Below, piece after piece: positions 27,197 to 33,742 of a stretch of DNA of 33,742 bases. Made by a program: the position numbers and the translations under genes. Source of the DNA: Candidatus Undinarchaeales archaeon (GTDB taxonomy: Archaea; SpSt-1190; JASMDC01); the NCBI GenBank assembly GCA_030753015.1, contig JASMDC010000039.1, positions 1-33,742 on the forward strand, written 5' to 3'. Under the pieces are notes generated by a model. It saw nothing but the letters and a program-made list of their open reading frames with translations. It was not told the DNA's origin and searched no databases. Position 1 is the first letter of the stretch. Each line of letters opens with the position of its first letter.

Positions 27197-28555
27197 CTAT
27201 AGCCCCAGATGTAATGGGTACTTGTTATTGAGCTCGAAGTCCTTGATGGCAGCGCGTAGGCGCGCCATCCCCTCGTCGATCTCCTCTGAGGATATGTTCA
27301 GTGGAGGTCTGAACCGGATCGAACGCTCCCCCGCAGGGAGCACCATGACCCGTTTATTGTAGGTCTCCTTGAGGAGCGAGTTGCGGACATTCGTCGTGCG
27401 CAGGTCGAAAGCGCACATGAGGCCTCGCCCGCGAACGTTGGTGATACCCCCGGGATGCTCAGCGGCGAGCTCCGTGATGGCCGCGATCAGGCGCTCACCC
27501 TGGCGGGCGGCGTTCTCAACTAGCTTCTCCTCCTCGATCACCTCAAGGTACCGCTGGGAACGAACCATGTCCACGATGTTGCCGCCCCAGGTGGAGTTGA
27601 TGCGCGAGGACACCTTGAACACGTTGTCCTCGACCTCGTCCACCCGCTTCCCCACCATGCAGCCACACACCTGGGTCTTCTTCCCGAATGCGATAGCATC
27701 AGGTTCGAAATCATAGTGCTGGTGGGCCCACATCTTACCCGTGAGCCCCAGCCCGGACTGGACCTCGTCCAAGATGAAGAAGATGTCCTCGTCGGTGCAG
27801 ATACGGCGCAGCTCCTGGTGGAACTCAGGACGGAAGTGGTTGTCCCCACCTTCACCCTGGATGGGCTCGATGATGAGTGAACTGATATCGTCAGGGTTCT
27901 CCTTGATGGCCTTCTTGATCTGTGTGTAGGCCAGGTGCTCCAGCTCCTCGACCCGCTCGAGGTTCTTGCCCTCTAGCGGAAACGTGATCTTGGGATTGAC
28001 GATGCGAGGCCAATCGAACTTCGTGAAGAACTTCGTCTTGTTCGGGTCTGCTGTGTTCGTAAGTGAGAGCGTGTAGCCGGTGCGACCATGGAAGGCCTGA
28101 GCGAAGTGCATGACCTTGCGGCCCACGTTCTCCTTATGACCCCTGCTCCAGTTCGTGCGCACCTTCCAGTCCATGGCGACCTTCAAAGCGTTCTCTACAC
28201 CCACCGATCCCCCGGACACATAGAATACGTACTTCATGTACTTGGGCATGGCGACGCGCGTGAAAGTATCGACGAACTCCGCCATCTCCGTCGTATAGAG
28301 GTCCGAGTTGGTTACCTTGTTCACGGCGACCTCCCCGATCTTGCGGATGAACTCATCGTTGGCCAGCCGTGGATGATTACAACCGATAGGTGCTGATGCG
28401 AAGAATGAGAAGAAGTCAAGGAAGTCCTCCCCGCTCTTCGAATCGTGAATCCAGCTGCCATGGCTCTTACGAATATCGAGCACCATGTTGAAACCGTCGA
28501 CAAGCATGTGCTTGCCTAATACCTTATGGACGTTCTTGGGGGTGATGGCTGTCAT
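27197..28555 (-). CDS. lat: L-lysine 6-transaminase (class III PLP)
   Basis: KHMLVDG, AFHGRTGYTLSLTNT, EPIQGEGGDNHF, DEVQ, FGKKTQVCG and SRINSTWGG. GGAGG precedes the ATG at 28555. Confidence 0.93.
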   Translation of the reverse strand: MTAITPKNVHKVLGKHMLVDGFNMVLDIRKSHGSWIHDSKSGEDFLDFFSFFASAPIGCNHPRLANDEFIRKIGEVAVNKVTNSDLYTTEMAEFVDTFTRVAMPKYMKYVFYVSGGSVGVENALKVAMDWKVRTNWSRGHKENVGRKVMHFAQAFHGRTGYTLSLTNTADPNKTKFFTKFDWPRIVNPKITFPLEGKNLERVEELEHLAYTQIKKAIKENPDDISSLIIEPIQGEGGDNHFRPEFHQELRRICTDEDIFFILDEVQSGLGLTGKMWAHQHYDFEPDAIAFGKKTQVCGCMVGKRVDEVEDNVFKVSSRINSTWGGNIVDMVRSQRYLEVIEEEKLVENAARQGERLIAAITELAAEHPGGITNVRGRGLMCAFDLRTTNVRNSLLKETYNKRVMVLPAGERSIRFRPPLNISSEEIDEGMARLRAAIKDFELNNKYPLHLGL

Positions 28556-28783
28556 CGGAAAGCGCCTCCGTATGATGTTGGCCGAAAGGGCCATAATCCT
28601 TTATATTATTATTTATTCGTAAATTAATTGTTGGTTTTCGTAATATATCCTGAATTAAATACGTCTTTCGGCCTTCTTCCCGCCAATAATCCCCGTTACC
28701 ACAGATTCGCTACAAATCGCGCATAATTAATGCAATGATAGGAGCCGATGCTCACGAGTTGTCCTCTCCGCCGGCTGAAGGAT

Positions 28784-29326
28784 CTACCGGTCGAAGAAGG
28801 GGCTCTTTCCCGTGGCGGTCAGAGGGATCCCGCAGCACACGTTTGTCTTCGTCAGCCCTACAGAGCGCGCAGCAACGCCGATTCGTATCATGAGGCGATT
28901 GTCGACGTTGTGCATGCTCGCCGTCTTGGCAGCGCTGCCCAGGGCGATACCGAGGTCAAGGAGACGGAGCATGCAGTTCGGTCCCTTGAAGTCCGCAGAT
29001 GTGGACGCCTCGTTGAAAGCGGCGCATGAATCGAAACCGCACGCCGCGCAGTTGAGTCCCACACCCGAGTGGGGCTTCACGCCGATAAGCAGCACGGCAG
29101 GGGAGGCTTCGATAGCCTGTGAGTCCCGCTCATAGTTATGTCGCCCCTCGCGGTCGAGACGGCGCATCTCGGCAGCCAGCTTGTCCTTGCACTTTCCCTT
29201 GATGATCTTGATCTCGAGGATGTCCGTCCCCATGGTCTTGGGCGCTGTGCGGGCAGATACAGCCATGAGCTCGGCAACGATGCGAACGGCATCATCGAGG
29301 CACACCTCGTCGTCAGGCGCGGTCAT
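28784..29326 (-). CDS. DUF2148 ferredoxin-domain-containing protein
   Basis: SARTAPK, NCAACGFDSC, DLGIALGSA, VDNRLM and GKSPFFDR. Confidence 0.9.
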   Translation of the reverse strand: MTAPDDEVCLDDAVRIVAELMAVSARTAPKTMGTDILEIKIIKGKCKDKLAAEMRRLDREGRHNYERDSQAIEASPAVLLIGVKPHSGVGLNCAACGFDSCAAFNEASTSADFKGPNCMLRLLDLGIALGSAAKTASMHNVDNRLMIRIGVAARSVGLTKTNVCCGIPLTATGKSPFFDR

Positions 29327-29462
29327 GGCGGCAGGGGACGTGTGAACCTTTAAGAATCCTCTTGGAAGGCCCGATCCAAATCAAGTCACGGTCGGAGGAC
29401 GACAGGATTATAATAAGGCTTATTAAGGTCGAGAACCACTTAACATCTCACAGGGATAGGGT

Positions 29463-29567
29463 ATGGACACAATTCTTACTGTGATAACGATAGGCCTCAT
29501 GCCGGTTCTCACATGCTCTGTTGGGTATGGCGCCTTCTACTTGAGCGAACTCGGTCTGTACGAATAG
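29463..29567 (+). CDS. Putative 34-aa single-TM small protein MDTILTVITIGLMPVLTCSVGYGAFYLSELGLYE
   Basis: Hand translation. It has an upstream TATA-like TTATTAAG, purine-rich GGGATAGGG before the ATG, and a downstream hairpin plus T-tract. Confidence 0.45.
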   Translation: MDTILTVITIGLMPVLTCSVGYGAFYLSELGLYE

Positions 29568-29698
29568 AAGCAAAAAGCCCACTGGAAACAAGTAAGTCGT
29601 CGTGGACTCCGGGGTCCTTCTTTCGAGCAAAAGATAGTATATTTAAAGGATAGTCCCCGTCGCAAGGGCACATCCCTTTACAACTGGGTGGTGACGAT

Positions 29699-30538
29699 AT
29701 GGTCATTGATGATGATGTGCTTGAGGAAATGCGAGACAAGTTCGGGCTGAACCTGTACGAAGCCAGGGTGTGGGCAGCCCTCCTTTCGAGGGGAATCTGC
29801 ACGGCCGGAGAGATCTCAGAGCTCGGTGGTGTGCCGCGATCACGTGCATACGACGTCCTCGAGACATTAGAGAAAAAGGGTTTCGTCGTCATGAAGCTCG
29901 GAAAACCTATCAAGTACCTCGCTATCGATCCTTCCGAGATCGTTGAGCGCCTTCGCAAGCGTGTCAACAAGGATTATGAGGAGCGTCATGTCTCCCTCGA
30001 GAAGCTCGATGGATCGGATCTCATGGGCAAGCTCGACACCCTCTACAATGAGGGCATCCGGATGCTCGATCCCACTGAGATGTCGTCGTCGCTCAAGGGA
30101 CGGTACAACATCCACGACCACCTTGAGCTGATGATGAACGACGCGATCAAATCCATCGATATCGTCACGACCGAGGAGGGTCTCAACCGTCTCGCCGAGT
30201 ATCATCTCCCCGTCATCAAGGGTGCCTCCGAGCGTGGCGTTAAGGTCAAGATCGCCGCTCCCATATCGCGATCCGGGCTTGCAGCTGCCAAGTACCTGCT
30301 CGAGTTCTCCGGGGTGCGACATATGGACCATATCAAGGCGAGGTTCAACATCATCGACCACGAAGAGGTGATGTTCATGATCATGCCGGACATTTCCATC
30401 CATCCCACCTACGACACCGGCATCTGGATCCACTCACCCTTCTTCGCCAAGGCTCTTGCCGACCTGTTCGAGCACACCTGGGAGCACCTGGAGCACGCCG
30501 AAAAGGTCATCAAGAAGATCGAGGCCGAAGAAGTATAA
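29699..30538 (+). CDS. TrmB-family transcriptional regulator
   Basis: FGLNLYEARVWAALL...VPRSRAYDVLETLEKKGFV...KPIKY plus a C-terminal effector-type domain. TATA TATTTAAA at about 29640 and RBS GGTGGTGA. Confidence 0.93.
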   Translation: MVIDDDVLEEMRDKFGLNLYEARVWAALLSRGICTAGEISELGGVPRSRAYDVLETLEKKGFVVMKLGKPIKYLAIDPSEIVERLRKRVNKDYEERHVSLEKLDGSDLMGKLDTLYNEGIRMLDPTEMSSSLKGRYNIHDHLELMMNDAIKSIDIVTTEEGLNRLAEYHLPVIKGASERGVKVKIAAPISRSGLAAAKYLLEFSGVRHMDHIKARFNIIDHEEVMFMIMPDISIHPTYDTGIWIHSPFFAKALADLFEHTWEHLEHAEKVIKKIEAEEV

Positions 30539-30587
30539 ACTTCCCGTCATTATCGGGCGTTCTGTTCAAAGTGATTAGCTATAGCGC

Positions 30588-31022
30588 TTAAGCGACACCG
30601 TTCGCGAACTGGCCCGGCCGGAAACGATCGCCGTTCAGAACGGTCCGGTAGGCCCGTATCACCTTCCCTCCACGTCGCATGAGTTCCTCCTCTCTCATGA
30701 AGGCTTCGTGAAGCTCTTCCATCTCATTGTAGGGCTCGGGTGCGTCCTCAACGTCCTCCTCGCCCAGGTAACTACGCGTGCGCAGGTAGAATCCCTCGCT
30801 CCCATCATCCTCGGGATCGAATGTAGCGTGCTTTCTCAGGTAGTTACGTGCGGCCAGAGCCTCCTTGAACAGCTCCTCATGCTCACGGCTGCCTTGATGG
30901 TGGTCGGGGTGGTGGTCCTTGGCCATGCTACGGAACACGCTCGTCACCTCGTACCGAGTTGCGCCCTCCTCCAGCCCCAGGATGCTGTACGCTGCGCCCA
31001 CGTCGGTAATACCGTAGACCAT
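30588..31022 (-). CDS. Small J-domain (DnaJ class C) protein
   Basis: AYSILGLEEGATRYEVTSVFRSMAKDHHPD...FKEALAA with an intact HPD motif and an acidic tail. Confidence 0.85.
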   Translation of the reverse strand: MVYGITDVGAAYSILGLEEGATRYEVTSVFRSMAKDHHPDHHQGSREHEELFKEALAARNYLRKHATFDPEDDGSEGFYLRTRSYLGEEDVEDAPEPYNEMEELHEAFMREEELMRRGGKVIRAYRTVLNGDRFRPGQFANGVA

Positions 31023-31138
31023 GGTCGTGTCCGATGGTCCATGCGGGGCCCGGCGCTTTATAGACTTTCCCCCGGGGTCACGGCGGCCCCGCCCAAGAAG
31101 ATATAAGCCTTCCTCCGCTCTCTACGGAGGGATTGACC

Positions 31139-32623
31139 ATGACGTCCGACCATCTCTTCGCCCGTGCCCGATTCCTCCTCCCCATGGCCGGAAAGGACGG
31201 GACCGCAACGCGTATCGCCGACGGTTACGTTCTCACGGCCGGCGGGACCGTAAAAGAGATGGGCACCTACTCCTTCGAGATTGGTGAGCGCATCCTGAGG
31301 GACGTGGGCCACTCGCTCAAGGTGCTTGGCGGGAAGAGCTCCGAGGACGGTCCGCTCGCCACCGAAGACCTTGTCCAGCTCAACGGCGTCATCCTACCCG
31401 GGTTCATCAAAGCTCACGGTCACGACCACGAATCACCCCTTATCGGTATCGCAAAGGATGTACCGTTAACGACCTGGCTTGATGAAGCAGTGAACCTATT
31501 CACAGGCTTCCTCAACGAGCGTGCGGACGACCTTTCCAAACGCTTCGGCCGCTCACCGCACCTTGTGACCTACCTCAAGGCCCGTGTCGACGACATCAGC
31601 TATGGCATCACTTCGTGTATGGTCCATCATTGCAATTTCAACAAGTACCATGTTGCCGAGATCGTCGAGGCAAACCGGTCGGCAGGCACGCGCATGATCA
31701 TCGCCGTCGGGAGCCAGGACCGACACTACGACGAGCGTATACTGGACACGCCCGAGGAGGCCGTGGAGCGCCTGGACTCGGCACTCAAGCTCGTCAAGTA
31801 CACCTCGCGCACGACGATCGTTCCCGGACCCGACCAGTTCTTCTCGAACGGGCCCGAGCTCCTCAAGGCACTCAAGGACTGGGCCCGACGCAACAAGACA
31901 TTCCTGCACATCCATTCCTCCGAAGAGCCCGGTACCACTAAGTGGTTCAGGGACACGTACGGGATGACTCCTGTCGAGTACGCTGACTCCATCGGTGTGC
32001 TCGACGCTGAGACCATCCTCGCCCACCAGGTGAACTGCACCGACAACGACCTCAAGCTTCTCAAGGAGCGAGGCACCAAGGTCGTGCACAATCCACTGGC
32101 CAACACAATCCTTGGCTCGGGGATGCCGCCTTTGGTCCGGATGCTGGACATGGGCATCCCCGTGGCCGTTTCCACCGATGGATCGGGTTCGGCTGACAAC
32201 CAGAACATCATCATCGCCGCCAAGCTCGCCAGCCAGTTCCAGAAGGCCTTCAACAAGGACGCGTCCATCCTACCTGCCCAACAGTGCCTGGAGCTCATTA
32301 CAATCGAGCCGGCCAAGGTCCTGGGACTGAACGCTGGCTGCTTGGAGCCCGGACGCGATGCTGACCTGATCGTCCTCTCACTGGAGCGTCCGAACCTTGT
32401 ACCAACCCGCCGTGACAACGTGATGGAAAACATCATCTGGGCCGCTGACGGCTCGGAGGCGCAGCACGTGGTCGCCGGGGGTCAGATCCTCCTGGAAGAT
32501 GGCCGGTTCACAACACTGGATGCCGGGCGTATCCTACGTGACGTGCAGGTGCTCTCGGAACTGTTCAGGGACTGGGTGGAGCGGGAACGCCCTAAGATCA
32601 AGGGCACGGGCGTCCACACCTGA
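31139..32623 (+). CDS. Amidohydrolase-family metal-dependent deaminase (MtaD/SsnA-like)
   Basis: PGFIKAHGH, HIHSSEE, AHQV, HNPLAN, STDG and GRDADL. GGAGG precedes the ATG at 31139. Confidence 0.9.
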   Translation: MTSDHLFARARFLLPMAGKDGTATRIADGYVLTAGGTVKEMGTYSFEIGERILRDVGHSLKVLGGKSSEDGPLATEDLVQLNGVILPGFIKAHGHDHESPLIGIAKDVPLTTWLDEAVNLFTGFLNERADDLSKRFGRSPHLVTYLKARVDDISYGITSCMVHHCNFNKYHVAEIVEANRSAGTRMIIAVGSQDRHYDERILDTPEEAVERLDSALKLVKYTSRTTIVPGPDQFFSNGPELLKALKDWARRNKTFLHIHSSEEPGTTKWFRDTYGMTPVEYADSIGVLDAETILAHQVNCTDNDLKLLKERGTKVVHNPLANTILGSGMPPLVRMLDMGIPVAVSTDGSGSADNQNIIIAAKLASQFQKAFNKDASILPAQQCLELITIEPAKVLGLNAGCLEPGRDADLIVLSLERPNLVPTRRDNVMENIIWAADGSEAQHVVAGGQILLEDGRFTTLDAGRILRDVQVLSELFRDWVERERPKIKGTGVHT

Positions 32624-32626
32624 CCA

Positions 32627-33136
32627 CTAGAACCTTATGCGGTGCTGCTTCCCCCACCGTTGTGTGTGGCGCGTACGAACTTCCTCGAGGGCGTCAAGCC
32701 CGTCCCTAAGTCGCTGGATGAGGACCGGTTCGAGCACAGGGTATGAATCGTCCCATTGGACAAAAACGCGATCGCTCGCGAAGTCGCCCAAAGAGGCATG
32801 CGTGTTGTCCGATTTGAAAGTGGTGACCACCTCGTCCCGGAAAGCCTCCTCCTCGAAAGGGAGCCGTCGAGGGGACTGTACCCGAGCATGGGGCACGCGA
32901 TAGGTGGCCGAGTTCATCCCACCTTCATCGATATCGAGGATGAAGGCCGCTTCGAAACGGAACCCGGCATGACTGCCCGTCAATGTTCCACGTGCTTCGT
33001 TCGGACCGCTCTTTTCCAGTGAGACATCAATACCAGCGATGACGGTCCCAACTATTTGGGAGAAAAGTCGTAGGGCCCGTTCTAGCTTCGATCCTTCGTT
33101 CTTCTTTCTCGGCCCGAGAGGGGCCTTCCCGGGCAC
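32627..33136 (-). CDS. Hypothetical protein
   Basis: A 169-aa ORF with GGGAGG before the GTG start, lying between convergent and co-oriented neighbours without overlap. Confidence 0.65.
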   Translation of the reverse strand: MPGKAPLGPRKKNEGSKLERALRLFSQIVGTVIAGIDVSLEKSGPNEARGTLTGSHAGFRFEAAFILDIDEGGMNSATYRVPHARVQSPRRLPFEEEAFRDEVVTTFKSDNTHASLGDFASDRVFVQWDDSYPVLEPVLIQRLRDGLDALEEVRTRHTQRWGKQHRIRF

Positions 33137-33154
33137 GCCACAGGCCTCCCGTCA

Positions 33155-33742
33155 CTAGGTGAGGCGTTCCATGCGCTCTAGGATATCGAGGATCTCCCTG
33201 ACCTCTTTCTGGAGGTGGCCGAGCTCTTCGTTGAGCGACCGTTTGGACTCCTCGCCTGCGGGCGACGGGGGCGACTCTACAGCGCCCTCTCCCTTCGGAG
33301 CGTACACCGGAATCTCCGCTTCTTCCACAGGTTTCGGCGGAGCTGCACCCGGCATTGTAACTCCTCCAGGGATTGTGGGCTTCGGCGCCTCGTCGGCCTT
33401 AGGTTCGGGCGGGGAGGCCGGAGGTATCGGCTTGGGTGGGCTAGGTGCCCGCGGCGGCACAGTCTCCTCCTTCGGAGGCTCAGGTGACTTTGGTGTCTCT
33501 GGTGGCTTGGGTAAGGCCACGGGCTTCGGTGGTTTGGGCACAGCCACTGGTTTGGGAGAGCTCGGTGGTGTGGGTACACCAAGAGGTGTCGGCGGCTTGG
33601 GTACTACCACTGGTTTGGGAGGGGCAGGCGGTTTGGGTGCACCAAGAGGCGTCGGCGGCTTGGGTACAGCCACTGGTTTGGGAGAGCTCGGTGGTGTGGG
33701 TACACCAAGAGGTGTCGGCGGCTTGGGTACTACCACTGGTTT
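33155..33742 (-). CDS. Pro/Lys-rich repeat protein, 5'-partial, with a short C-terminal coiled coil
   Basis: The frame is open to the right edge. It contains PKPP repeats and ends SLNEELGHLQKEVREILDILERMERLT. Confidence 0.8.
   Translation of the reverse strand, partial: KPVVVPKPPTPLGVPTPPSSPKPVAVPKPPTPLGAPKPPAPPKPVVVPKPPTPLGVPTPPSSPKPVAVPKPPKPVALPKPPETPKSPEPPKEETVPPRAPSPPKPIPPASPPEPKADEAPKPTIPGGVTMPGAAPPKPVEEAEIPVYAPKGEGAVESPPSPAGEESKRSLNEELGHLQKEVREILDILERMERLT
33540..33742 (-). repeat. 63-bp coding tandem repeat with 126-bp higher-order (A-B-A) structure
   Basis: cactggttt recurs at 33545, 33608, 33671 and 33734. Units alternate VPTPPSSP and APKPPAPP. Confidence 0.92.

Noticed and set aside
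28556-28783. Lysine riboswitch upstream of lat
   Set aside because: The region is AT-rich and lacks the conserved multi-helix signature, and the TATA box lies too close to the start codon.

Overview
GC-rich archaeal chromosomal segment, judged from TATA-box promoters, a TrmB regulator, a COG2512-type membrane-anchored wHTH protein and hdrCBA. The TrmB resembles DPANN-type homologues from memory only, so lineage is tentative. No rRNA, tRNA, CRISPR array or IS element was found. The largest gene is absent from the supplied ORF track because it runs off the left edge: a >1431-aa secreted protein (4295 to <1, minus strand) with CWB2-like cell-wall-binding repeats, a coiled coil, many CX3C helical-hairpin motifs, alternating acidic and basic blocks, and Cys-rich tandem repeats. 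It is preceded by a membrane-anchored wHTH regulator, and both promoters carry GAACGAT boxes. The rest of the window contains uvrB and uvrAC split by a divergent pair (Cys/Trp-repeat membrane protein and CPBP protease), malic enzyme, three PLP aminotransferases, a DUF318 permease, an alpha/beta-hydrolase lacking its nucleophile, an orphan HEXXH protease, a possibly structured ~200-nt intergenic region, hdrC-hdrB-hdrA (HdrA fused to a Cys-free MvhD-like domain), DUF2148, an unannotated 34-aa hydrophobic ORF, TrmB, a J-domain protein, an amidohydrolase and a partial Pro-rich repeat protein.
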